Assembly (NCBI GenBank): GCA_964346495.1 | Contig: CAYFUW010000001.1 | Coordinates: 23,327 to 87,326 of the forward strand | DNA: 64,000 bases | Direction: 5' to 3' | Origin: an uncultured Dysgonomonadaceae bacterium | GTDB taxonomy: Bacteria > Bacteroidota > Bacteroidia > Bacteroidales > Dysgonomonadaceae | In this document: one piece after another, positions 36,898-46,096 of the stretch | Layout of the letters: every line of letters begins with the position of its first letter | Numbering within the stretch: position 1 is the stretch's first letter | The notes under the pieces: generated by a model | The model's input: the letters and a program-made list of their open reading frames with translations, nothing else | Database searches by the model: none | What the model was told of the DNA's origin: nothing | Translations under genes and position numbers: made by a program

Positions 36898-39855
36898 ATG
36901 AAAAAATTATATACCACTCTATTTTTCCTTTTTACAACAATAATATTATTATCGGCTCAAAATGAAGCCAATTTGTTCAGACAGGCAAATAAAACTGAGA
37001 TGAATCGTTGGGTTGATTCGGTTTACAACAGTATGAGTCTGGATGAAAAAGTAGGACAACTTTTTATGCCGATTGCCGAGCCAAACAGTAGCTGGAAAGG
37101 GCGAATCGGCAACTATATCAACAACCAATATGTAGGTGGATTACTTTTTTCCGGTGGAACCATTACGGAGCAAGCCGAAATTACAAATTATGCTCAAAGC
37201 ATATCCAAAACACCACTTTTCATAGCAGTTGATGGTGAATGGGGGCTGTCGATGCGATTGAAAGATGCACCCAAATTTCCCAGAAACTTCGTTATTGGTG
37301 CTATTCAGGATGAAAATATTATTAAAGAGTATGGTAAAGAAGTTGCGAGACAGTGCCGCGCAATGGGAATCCATATCAATTTTGCTCCGGTTATGGATGT
37401 GAACAGCAATCCGCAAAATCCGATTATCAGAACACGCTCATTTGGCGAAAATCAGGAAAACGTTGCCAAAAAAGGTATAGCCTACTCTGCCGGATTGGAA
37501 GAGGGTGGTGTAATGTCAGTTGCCAAACACTTCCCGGGACATGGCGACACATCAGATGATTCACATAAAACTCTTCCAACCATTAGTCACAATTTAAATA
37601 GATTGGAAAGCATTGAGCTATATCCATTTAAAAAGTATATCGAAAAAGGTTTTTCGGGTATGATGGTCGGTCATTTGAATGTTCCTGCACTCAATACGAA
37701 AGGTTTGCCTTCATCGCTGTCGGAAAATGTTGTGCAAAAATTATTGAAAGAGAAAATGGGTTTTCAAGGATTGGTATTTACCGATGGAATGGCAATGAAA
37801 GGTGTTTCAAATCAACCCGATATGAGTGTTAAAGCCATACTTGCCGGAAACGATATTATTTTGGGTGTGGTGAATCAAGAGAAAGAGTTTAATGCTGTTA
37901 AAACTGCTGTAAATAAAGGTGTTATTTCTATGCAACTTTTAGAAGAGAAGGTGAAAAAGATTTTGGCATATAAATTCATCTTGAATGTACACCAACAAAA
38001 ACCTATTGAAACAAAAAATCTTTCCCAACAACTGAACACGACGAAAACAGAATGGGTACAAAGAAAAATATATGAAGGCGCACTTACTCTTATCAAAAAC
38101 AACCAAAACAGAGTTCCAATAACCGGATTGGATAACACAAAAATTGCCGCAGTTTGTATAGGCGGTGGAAACTCTGCATATAAAAATCAACTGAAAAAAT
38201 ATGCAGATATTACCTTTTTTGATGTTGCTTCGATGGAGAATTTATCCGGAATAATATCTAAACTTTCAAGTTTTGATTTAATTATTTTTTCAGTTCATTC
38301 GGATAAGTTAGTTGATAACACATCACTTCAAAATTTAACCAAAAACGAAAAATCAATTCTTGTACTATTTGCGTCGCCCTACCGATTGAATAACTTTAAA
38401 ACTTCTGTTTCAAATGCAAATAGTGTTTTAGTAGCTTTCGATAATAGCGAATGGGCACAAATATCTGCCGCGCAAGCACTATTCGGCGGAATCGCCATAA
38501 ACGGCAAACTGCCTGTAACTGTGGGAAATTACAAAGAGAGCAGAGGTATTGACACCAAAAAAACCAGACTATCCTACTCTCTGCCCGAAGAACTAAATAT
38601 TCCAAGCAACGCTTTCAGTTTTATAGATAATATTGCGCAAGAAGGAATTAAGAGCAGAGCATATCCGGGATGTTATGTTTTGGTAGCGAAAGATGGAGCA
38701 ATAATCTACAGCAAAGGGTTTGGTAATTTTGATTATAGAAGTGCTTCGAAGAAAGTCGATGATGAAACGGTTTACGACCTTGCATCAATTACAAAAGCAG
38801 CCGCTACTCTACCTGCAATAATGAAACTGTACGACGAAAAAAAACTTCGTTTGCAAGATAATTTATCGAAATTTGTCCCGGAAACACGTGGCAGCAACAA
38901 AGCAAATATTACTATCAGAGATGCGCTTCTGCATGAAACAGGAGTTATCTCTTTTATACCCTATTACACTGTGGCAATTGACACCGGGAGTTATCAGGGA
39001 AAGCTTATTAGTAACAGATCATCGTCAATTTATAATGCCAGATATGCAGGAGCTTACGGCAGAACCGATTACAAATTTATTCCCGAATTTATTTCAACAC
39101 AACCTTCGGAAAAATTTCCTTTTCATGTGGCAAAAGATATGTATGCCAGCGATAAAATGGAAAAAGCATTGCTGAAGGAGATAATTTCTACCAATCTGAA
39201 ATCGAAAACATACAGATATAGCTGCCTGAATTTTATGTTTTTGAAAGAGGTTGTTGAAAATATTGCCGACACTGACCTAAACAGTTATGTAAGAAGCAAT
39301 TTCTTTGAAAAGTTGGGTGCATCTTCTACAACATTTTTACCGCTAAAATATATGTCGGTAAACGATATTGCGCCTACCGAAAACGACCCGTTTTTTCGCA
39401 AACAGCAACTTCGCGGATATGTTCACGATGAAGGAGCTGCACTTTTTGGAGGAATTTCGGGAAATTCGGGACTTTTTTCTAATGCCAACGATTTGGCTAA
39501 ATTGTGCCAAATGTGGCTAAACGGTGGAGAATATGGTGGCGAACGATATTTGAGTATCGAAACTGTCAAACTTTTTACGCAAACAAAAAGCAGCAGAAGT
39601 CGTCGTGGCTTAGGATTCGATAAACCTGAAATAAGTGCAAGCAAATCAAGTCCTACAAGTCCGCTTACACCAATTTCTGTTTACGGACACACAGGATTTA
39701 CGGGAACATCTTTTTGGGTTGATCCTGATAATCAGATGATATATATATTTTTATCAAACAGAGTTTTTCCCGAACGTTCACCCAACAGATTGTCATCTAT
39801 GAAAATCAGGGAACGGATTCAGGAAGAGCTGTATAAAGTTTTTACAAGACAATAG
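36898..39855 (+). CDS. Fusion protein: GH3 (NagZ-like beta-N-acetylhexosaminidase) N-terminal part plus serine beta-lactamase/PBP4*-like C-terminal part
   Basis: The GH3 part carries KHFPGHGDTSDDSH and the serine hydrolase part carries the SxxK motif ASITKAAAT. A signal peptide is present. Confidence 0.83.
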   Translation: MKKLYTTLFFLFTTIILLSAQNEANLFRQANKTEMNRWVDSVYNSMSLDEKVGQLFMPIAEPNSSWKGRIGNYINNQYVGGLLFSGGTITEQAEITNYAQSISKTPLFIAVDGEWGLSMRLKDAPKFPRNFVIGAIQDENIIKEYGKEVARQCRAMGIHINFAPVMDVNSNPQNPIIRTRSFGENQENVAKKGIAYSAGLEEGGVMSVAKHFPGHGDTSDDSHKTLPTISHNLNRLESIELYPFKKYIEKGFSGMMVGHLNVPALNTKGLPSSLSENVVQKLLKEKMGFQGLVFTDGMAMKGVSNQPDMSVKAILAGNDIILGVVNQEKEFNAVKTAVNKGVISMQLLEEKVKKILAYKFILNVHQQKPIETKNLSQQLNTTKTEWVQRKIYEGALTLIKNNQNRVPITGLDNTKIAAVCIGGGNSAYKNQLKKYADITFFDVASMENLSGIISKLSSFDLIIFSVHSDKLVDNTSLQNLTKNEKSILVLFASPYRLNNFKTSVSNANSVLVAFDNSEWAQISAAQALFGGIAINGKLPVTVGNYKESRGIDTKKTRLSYSLPEELNIPSNAFSFIDNIAQEGIKSRAYPGCYVLVAKDGAIIYSKGFGNFDYRSASKKVDDETVYDLASITKAAATLPAIMKLYDEKKLRLQDNLSKFVPETRGSNKANITIRDALLHETGVISFIPYYTVAIDTGSYQGKLISNRSSSIYNARYAGAYGRTDYKFIPEFISTQPSEKFPFHVAKDMYASDKMEKALLKEIISTNLKSKTYRYSCLNFMFLKEVVENIADTDLNSYVRSNFFEKLGASSTTFLPLKYMSVNDIAPTENDPFFRKQQLRGYVHDEGAALFGGISGNSGLFSNANDLAKLCQMWLNGGEYGGERYLSIETVKLFTQTKSSRSRRGLGFDKPEISASKSSPTSPLTPISVYGHTGFTGTSFWVDPDNQMIYIFLSNRVFPERSPNRLSSMKIRERIQEELYKVFTRQ

Positions 39856-39863
39856 ACTTTTTA

Positions 39864-39940
39864 TTTACGATTTGGGATTTCGGATTTACGATTTATAAAA
39901 AAGGGAGACGATGGCTTTGCCTTCGTTACAAAATCCCGAC
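39864..39940. repeat. Mosaic repeat array
   Basis: Heptads TTTACGA TTTGGGA TTTCGGA TTTACGA TTTATAA come first, then inverted module D at 39903-39925 and a half copy of module A at 39928-39940. Confidence 0.65.
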
Positions 39941-39973
39941 ACACTAAGTTTACCAATTTACTAATAACAAATT

Positions 39974-41026
39974 ATGCAACATATAATAAAAAGCAAAAAC
40001 TTAACGCAAGATATAGAATCGGTTTTATCAAGAATTGATTTCGATTTGCTATTTATCCTTATGGATGAGAATACCCAAAAATGGTGTTTTCCTAAAATAG
40101 AGAATATAAATCTTATAAAAAATTCAGTTTCTATTGTTGTTCCGGCAAACGATGATAACAAAAACCTGAATAATCTATCATCAATTTGGCAACAATTGAC
40201 GGAAAATTTGGCAACACGCAAATCATTGTTAATCAATTTGGGAGGAGGAATGATTTCCGATTTGGGAGGATTTGCCGTAGCAACTTTTAAGCGAGGAATT
40301 AGATATATTAATATACCGACCACACTTTTGGCTGCAGTTGATGCTTCGGTAGGTGGTAAAACAGGAATAAATTTTGCCGGATATAAAAACGAAATCGGCG
40401 CATTTTATCCTGCCGAATATGTTATTATAAATACTGAATTTTACGATACTTTACCGCAAGATGCTATTCTCTCAGGTTTTGCCGAAATATTGAAACACGC
40501 ACTTATCTACTCTGAATATGAGTGGAATAAAATTCTCGATTTGAATCTATCCGAAATCAATCTCGATATAACCGATATGGTTTTCGAATCGGTAATGATA
40601 AAAGAGAGTATCGTGCAAAAAGATCCTTATGAAAAAGATATACGAAAAGCACTAAATTTAGGTCACACAATCGGGCACGCTTTCGAAAGCATGGCACTTG
40701 CAAAAAAAGAGCAACTTTCGCACGGTCATGCTGTAGCTTTGGGATTGATTGCAGAGTTGTATCTGTCGCATATTATTTGCGGATTTCCAAAAGATAAGTT
40801 GTTGCGAACCATCAGATTTATACAAAAATATTACCCGCCTTTCTATTTCGATTGTAGTGACTACGACAATCTGTTTGAAATTATCAGACACGACAAAAAA
40901 AACAGCGATAACGCTATCTTATTCACACTATTACAAGATATTGGCAATATAAAAATAAATCAGAATATATCTAAAGATTTGATTTTTCAGGCACTCGATT
41001 TTTATAGAGATGTTTTTAAATTTTAG
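39974..41026 (+). CDS. aroB: 3-dehydroquinate synthase
   Basis: Motifs GGGMISDLGGFAVATFKRGIRYINIPTTLLAAVDASVGGKTGIN and HTIGHAFE are present. Confidence 0.9.
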   Translation: MQHIIKSKNLTQDIESVLSRIDFDLLFILMDENTQKWCFPKIENINLIKNSVSIVVPANDDNKNLNNLSSIWQQLTENLATRKSLLINLGGGMISDLGGFAVATFKRGIRYINIPTTLLAAVDASVGGKTGINFAGYKNEIGAFYPAEYVIINTEFYDTLPQDAILSGFAEILKHALIYSEYEWNKILDLNLSEINLDITDMVFESVMIKESIVQKDPYEKDIRKALNLGHTIGHAFESMALAKKEQLSHGHAVALGLIAELYLSHIICGFPKDKLLRTIRFIQKYYPPFYFDCSDYDNLFEIIRHDKKNSDNAILFTLLQDIGNIKINQNISKDLIFQALDFYRDVFKF

Positions 41027-41053
41027 ATTTACAATTTCCTTCAACGATATATT

Positions 41054-41088
41054 GTAGATACGCGGCATGCCACGTCTCTACGATTTTT
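41054..41088 (+). terminator. Palindromic module B plus T-run downstream of aroB
   Basis: The sequence is GTAGATACGCGGCATGCCACGTCTCTAC followed by GATTTTT. Confidence 0.5.
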
Positions 41089-41138
41089 CAAAACTTGTAA
41101 CCCGAAACACGCAACACGTAACTCGTACCACAAAAAAA

Positions 41139-42206
41139 CTAATAAATCATTATCGCCCTAAGTTTTTTCCTTTTGTCTTGAGTTAGGTTAAGTTCTTTTT
41201 CAAGGTATTTATCTACCGAACCATATTTTTTATTTATATGTTCAATAGCGTAAACCAAATATGCAGTGTTTACGGAAAGCAAAGCGGTAATAGCTTCCTG
41301 AAGATGTTCCGGCATATCATGTGCACTTTCAACTATAGTAGAGATATCTATCAATTTGCCCGAAAGCATATAATCTTCAATAATAACTGCATCGGAAGCA
41401 TCCAGAGCATACAAAACAAGAAAAGATGCTATCCCTACCCTATCTTTACCCAAAGAACCGACCAATACAATAGGATAATTATCATCATCGACCATTATAT
41501 TAAACATCTCTCTGAACTCTTTTTTGTTGTTTTCGATAATAGCAACATAGGAGTTTTGCACATAACTAATAGCGGCACTTCTCGTCATATTCTCTTCATC
41601 TTCGTCAATCTCATCAATTATTGCTTCTAAATCCATTAACGAAACCGGAAGAGATATTTTTTTTATAGAAGGGTGCATCAAAATTGGATATTTTGCTTTG
41701 CTTTTTTCTGAACGAAAATCAATAATAGTTTTTACACCTAATCTTCTGATTCGTTCCTGGTCGTAAAGCGTGGCACTACTCAAATCGCCAGATCTGAATA
41801 TTTTACCCCATTTCAATTGACTGTTGTTTTTATTAAAATAACCACCCAAATCTCTGAAATTTTTCACTTTTCCCATTTCAATAACTCTATTCGAAACAAT
41901 TCCTGAATAAACACTATTTGCTTTCAGAATGAAAAACTTTCTTGTATCGGGATTGGAAATGGTGATTTCGGTTACCTGGTCGGAGATTGACATGGTTTTA
42001 ACCGGAGTAAAATTTTCAAGTGAAACATCTTCACTCGACGAATAGATATCAATATCCCCTTCTTGGTCGGGACTAACTTCCCATTTGAGCAAAATATTAC
42101 CTTCTTCGTTTTTTTCGGCTACCGATGTTATTTGCACTGTTGAAGCACAACCATAAAAAACGAACGAAATCAGTATTAAAAAAGATATATTTTTCAATTT
42201 TGCCAC
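41139..42206 (-). CDS. Lipoprotein with a tyrosine-phosphatase-like (Y_phosphatase3) domain lacking the catalytic Cys
   Basis: It has a lipobox (FYGCAS) and the motifs FRDLGG and FRSGDL. The P-loop reads VLVGSLGKDRVG instead of the canonical HCxAGKDRTG. Confidence 0.68.
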   Translation of the reverse strand: MAKLKNISFLILISFVFYGCASTVQITSVAEKNEEGNILLKWEVSPDQEGDIDIYSSSEDVSLENFTPVKTMSISDQVTEITISNPDTRKFFILKANSVYSGIVSNRVIEMGKVKNFRDLGGYFNKNNSQLKWGKIFRSGDLSSATLYDQERIRRLGVKTIIDFRSEKSKAKYPILMHPSIKKISLPVSLMDLEAIIDEIDEDEENMTRSAAISYVQNSYVAIIENNKKEFREMFNIMVDDDNYPIVLVGSLGKDRVGIASFLVLYALDASDAVIIEDYMLSGKLIDISTIVESAHDMPEHLQEAITALLSVNTAYLVYAIEHINKKYGSVDKYLEKELNLTQDKRKKLRAIMIY

Positions 42207-42781
42207 AATTAGTCAGTTTTATCAAGCAAATGTATATAAAAACATTTACATTTAATTTTAAAAATCAGCACTCTTAACAATAAATAATCAGTTTACGCCA
42301 CTTTTTTTAATAGTTTAAAAGTTAGATGATTGTATAAATAAGTTTTAAATATTACTTTTACCAATAAATTAAAATTTGTTCTTTTATTATTGTTGATAAG
42401 TTGTTAATTGAATGTGTGAAAGATTTGATAAATTAATTTTTTAAATCGAAATAAAATTTGTAAGCAAAAAATTTATCTAAAAAACCAAATTAGTTATTCT
42501 TTTTTATAAAGTTTTTCTTCACTTTTTCTTAACAATAAAATCGTAACAAAAACGAAATAATTTATCAACAAAATAATTATTAACAGTTTTAATTGACTTT
42601 ATTTTATTTAATTGATATTCATAAAAATAATATGATTAACTTTGTTGATAACATTTTAATAAGTGAGAGTAATATTTTTAATATTCAAATTTAAAAATTA
42701 ATAGCGTAAAATCTTTCAACACTATCAACAGACAATTATTATCATCATATATTTTTTAAATTAATAAACTATATATTTATT
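42207..42781. other. Unusually long, extremely AT-rich spacer with DnaA-box-like 10-mers; candidate replication origin (hypothesis)
   Basis: The 575 bp spacer has no ORF. TTATCAACAA or its complement occurs at 42390-42399(-), 42562-42571(+) and 42642-42651(-), plus CTATCAACA at 42722-42730. Flanking genes diverge from this point. Confidence 0.3.
42227..42234 (-). promoter_or_regulatory. -7 box upstream of the phosphatase-like lipoprotein gene
   Basis: The reverse complement reads TACATTTG, 21 nt upstream of the start. Confidence 0.4.
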
Positions 42782-43720
42782 ATGGAAAAGAAAAAACTCA
42801 TTGAGGAGATTAACAAACTAAAGAATGAAAAAAATGCCGTTATCATGGCGCATTTTTATCAAAATTCTGATATTCAAGATATAGCCGATTATGTTGGTGA
42901 CAGTTTGGCTTTGGCACAATGGGCTGCAAAAACAGAAGCCGATATTATCGTTCTTTGCGGAGTGCATTTTATGGCAGAAACCGCAAAAATTCTTTCACCC
43001 GAAAAACGTGTTTTTATCCCCGATGCAGAAGCCGGATGTTCACTTGCCGATAGCTGTCCTGCCGATGAATTTGAGAAATTTATTAAAGAACATCCCGGTC
43101 ATACTGTAATTTCTTATGTTAATACTACAGCTGCAGTAAAAGCATTGACAGATATTGTTGTTACTTCTACCAATGCAAAACAGATAGTTGATTCGCTTCC
43201 GAAAGATGAGAAAATTATTTTCGGACCCGATAGAAATTTAGGCGATTATATAAATAAGATGACAGGAAGAGAGATGTTATTATGGGACGGAGCTTGTCAT
43301 GTTCACGAGCAATTTTCATTGGATAAAATAGTGGAATTAAAGAAACAATATCCCGAAGCTTTAGTTTTAGCTCATCCCGAATGTCCAAATTATCTTTTGA
43401 AAATTGCTGACCATGTTGGTTCTACTTCATCAATTTTGAAATTTTCTACACAATCTGATAAAAAACAATTTATTGTAGCTACCGAAGTGGGAATTATACA
43501 TCAAATGCAAAAAGATAATCCCGATAAAGAGTTTATTCCTGCACCTGCCGAAAATTCTACTTGTGGCGGTTGTAACGAGTGTTCTTATATGAAAATGAAT
43601 ACGTTAGAGAAACTATATCTCTGTTTAAGAGATGAAAAACCTGAAATTTTTATCGATGAAGAGCTTCGGGTTAAAGCTGTGAAGCCGATTGAACGGATGT
43701 TGGAATTGTCGTTCTCTTAA
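42782..43720 (+). CDS. nadA: Quinolinate synthase
   Basis: 312 aa with motifs HFYQNSDIQDIADYVGDSL, VHFMAE and conserved Fe-S cysteines. Confidence 0.92.
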   Translation: MEKKKLIEEINKLKNEKNAVIMAHFYQNSDIQDIADYVGDSLALAQWAAKTEADIIVLCGVHFMAETAKILSPEKRVFIPDAEAGCSLADSCPADEFEKFIKEHPGHTVISYVNTTAAVKALTDIVVTSTNAKQIVDSLPKDEKIIFGPDRNLGDYINKMTGREMLLWDGACHVHEQFSLDKIVELKKQYPEALVLAHPECPNYLLKIADHVGSTSSILKFSTQSDKKQFIVATEVGIIHQMQKDNPDKEFIPAPAENSTCGGCNECSYMKMNTLEKLYLCLRDEKPEIFIDEELRVKAVKPIERMLELSFS

Positions 43721-43859
43721 CATCATTTCCTTGAAAAAGGAAATAGAGCGTGGAAAGAAGAATGAATAAATGAAATTAATCCTAAATGGACAGATTTGAG
43801 TGATGGGTGGTATGAATAAGAATAAAGGGATTCCCGCGGAAGCGGGAATGACGGCTTCG

Positions 43860-44741
43860 ATGATTCGTCTAAATAAATTTATTTCCGATAGCGGACTTTG
43901 TTCTCGAAGAGAAGCAGATAGATATATTGAATCGGGTCAAGTTTTTGTAAATGGAAAACGTGCCGAAATAGGTATGTCTGTTTCAAACAAAGACAAAGTT
44001 TTGGTTAATGGATTGCTTATCGAGCCAAAACATGAAGAAGAATTTGTTTTAATTGCTCTTAATAAACCGCGCGGAATTGTTAGTACAACAGAAAAGAGCG
44101 AAAAAGATAATATTGTAGATTTCGTTGGTTTTCACGAACGCATTTTTCCTATAGGCAGATTGGATAAAGATTCGCAAGGATTGATTTTACTGACCAATAA
44201 CGGCGATATTGTAAATAAAATTCTTCGTGCCGGAAATAATCACGAAAAAGAGTACATAGTAACTGTAGATAAACCTGTTACGGAAGAATTTGTAAAAAGA
44301 ATGTCATCCGGAATTCCTATTTTGGGAACAAGAACAAAAAAATGTAAAGTTGAAAGAATTTCGGAATTTGTTTTCAAAATAATTCTTGTTCAGGGATTGA
44401 ATCGCCAAATCAGAAGAATGTGCGAATATTTAGGTTACGAAGTTGTAAAATTGGAGCGTATCAGAATAATGAACATCACTTTAAAAGGTATCGGAATAGG
44501 AGATTGGCGTTTTATTGAAGAAAAAGAGTTGAAAGTAATAAAAGCTGCCATTGCCGATTCATCAGATACGAGTGATGCTTCACAAAAAACAAAATCAACA
44601 AAGTCAAGAACAAACTATTCTAAACTGACTAATTCTAATTCAAGTTCAAAAAAAGAGACTTCAAATTTTAATCCTAAATCTAAACAGTTGCGATCAAAAG
44701 GTAAGAGTAGAAATGAAAGAACAAATAAACCAAAACGTTGA
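43860..44741 (+). CDS. RsuA/RluF-family rRNA pseudouridine synthase
   Basis: It has an S4 domain ([22 protein letters not shown]), the catalytic motif [15 protein letters not shown] and a Lys/Ser-rich tail. The start is placed after repeat module E. Confidence 0.85.
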   Translation: MIRLNKFISDSGLCSRREADRYIESGQVFVNGKRAEIGMSVSNKDKVLVNGLLIEPKHEEEFVLIALNKPRGIVSTTEKSEKDNIVDFVGFHERIFPIGRLDKDSQGLILLTNNGDIVNKILRAGNNHEKEYIVTVDKPVTEEFVKRMSSGIPILGTRTKKCKVERISEFVFKIILVQGLNRQIRRMCEYLGYEVVKLERIRIMNITLKGIGIGDWRFIEEKELKVIKAAIADSSDTSDASQKTKSTKSRTNYSKLTNSNSSSKKETSNFNPKSKQLRSKGKSRNERTNKPKR

Positions 44742-44765
44742 ATATTATCTTACACTCTTTTTTTG

Positions 44766-44773
44766 TACCTTTG
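44766..44773 (+). promoter_or_regulatory. -7 box upstream of ychF
   Basis: TACCTTTG lies 50 nt upstream of the ATG. Confidence 0.45.
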
Positions 44774-44822
44774 CACCCGCAAATAAATATACATTCTAAA
44801 AACAATTAAAAAATAAAATATA

Positions 44823-45926
44823 ATGGCTTTACAATGCGGAATAGTAGGACTTCCAAACGTTGGTAAATCAACTCTTTTCAACTGTTTATCAAATGCTCGT
44901 GCACAAGCGGCAAACTTTCCGTTTTGCACTATTGAACCCAACGTGGGAGTTATTACCGTTCCCGATGAACGATTAAATAAATTGGCTGAATTGGTTAATC
45001 CACAACGAATTGTGCCAACAACAATAGAAATTGTAGATATTGCAGGATTGGTAAAAGGTGCGAGTAAAGGCGAAGGATTAGGAAATAAATTTCTGTCAAA
45101 TATTCGTCAAACCGATGCTATAATTCACGTGTTGCGTTGTTTCGATGATGAAAACGTAACTCATGTTGATGGTTCTGTTGACCCTGTTCGTGATAAAGAG
45201 ATTATCGATTCCGAATTGCAACTGAAAGACCTTGAAACTATCGAATCACGTATCCAAAGAGTAGAAAAACAGGCAAAAACAGGAGGCGATAAAGATGCTA
45301 AATTGGCTTTTGAAGTGTATAGCAAAATTCGTGAAGTTTTACTTCGTGGAGAATCGGCTCGTGTTGTTACTTTCGATACAAAAGATGAAAACAGAATAGC
45401 CAAAGAGTTGTTTTTGCTAACATCGAAACCCGTTTTGTATGTTTGTAATGTGGATGAAAAAAGTGCAGTATCAGGAAATAAACATGTTGAAGCCGTTCGC
45501 GAATCGGTTAAAAATGAAGATGCCGAAATTTTAGTTGTAGCAGCAAAAATAGAATCTGAAATAGCTGAGTTTGAGACTTATGAAGAGCGAGAAATGTTTC
45601 TTTCAGAAATTGGATTGGAAGAATCGGGAGTAAGTCGTTTAATAAAATCGGCTTATAAATTATTGAATCTGCTTACATATTTTACTTGTGGAGTGCAGGA
45701 AGTTCGTGCATGGACTTTTGAAAAAGGTTGGAAAGCACCGCAATGTGCCGGAGTTATTCATACCGATTTTGAAAAAGGTTTTATTCGTGCTGAAGTTATT
45801 AAATACGAAGACTTTATCAGTTTTGGTTCGGAAGCAGCTGTAAAAGAAGCGGGAAAAATGAGTGTTGAAGGCAAAGAATATGTTGTTCAGGACGGCGATG
45901 TGATGCATTTCAGATTTAATGTTTAG
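44823..45926 (+). CDS. ychF: Ribosome-binding ATPase YchF
   Basis: Motifs GIVGLPNVGKSTLFN and a TGS C-terminus (DGDVMHFRFNV) are present. Confidence 0.95.
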   Translation: MALQCGIVGLPNVGKSTLFNCLSNARAQAANFPFCTIEPNVGVITVPDERLNKLAELVNPQRIVPTTIEIVDIAGLVKGASKGEGLGNKFLSNIRQTDAIIHVLRCFDDENVTHVDGSVDPVRDKEIIDSELQLKDLETIESRIQRVEKQAKTGGDKDAKLAFEVYSKIREVLLRGESARVVTFDTKDENRIAKELFLLTSKPVLYVCNVDEKSAVSGNKHVEAVRESVKNEDAEILVVAAKIESEIAEFETYEEREMFLSEIGLEESGVSRLIKSAYKLLNLLTYFTCGVQEVRAWTFEKGWKAPQCAGVIHTDFEKGFIRAEVIKYEDFISFGSEAAVKEAGKMSVEGKEYVVQDGDVMHFRFNV

Positions 45927-45933
45927 TTTTTTG

Positions 45934-46075
45934 TAGAACAAAGAGCAAAGAATCAAGACACAAGACTTTTTTATTTGCAATTATTTTGTTCGCTTCTGCG
46001 CGAATCCTTTCGCGTGATATTTACCCAACTATAAAGCAAATAGCCAATGGCTAATAGCTAACAGCCAATAACAAC
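45934..46075. repeat. Mosaic repeat array
   Basis: AAGANNC heptads lie at 45934-45968, module F at 45991-46017 and TAGCCAA-type heptads at 46034-46075. Confidence 0.7.
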
Positions 46076-46096
46076 ACTGTTTAAAATAGAAATATT

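Noticed and set aside
36898-39855. GH3 plus beta-lactamase-like fusion as a novel architecture
   Set aside because: As far as I recall, this two-domain arrangement (NagZ-like plus serine hydrolase) is a common, already annotated protein type in Bacteroidota, so it is not treated as a discovery.
42207-42781. The AT-rich spacer as a decayed gene or prophage remnant
   Set aside because: Stops are dense in all six frames. I saw no similarity to neighbouring genes, no TIRs or direct repeats at the borders, and no integrase or tRNA nearby. The origin or promoter-region interpretation fits better.
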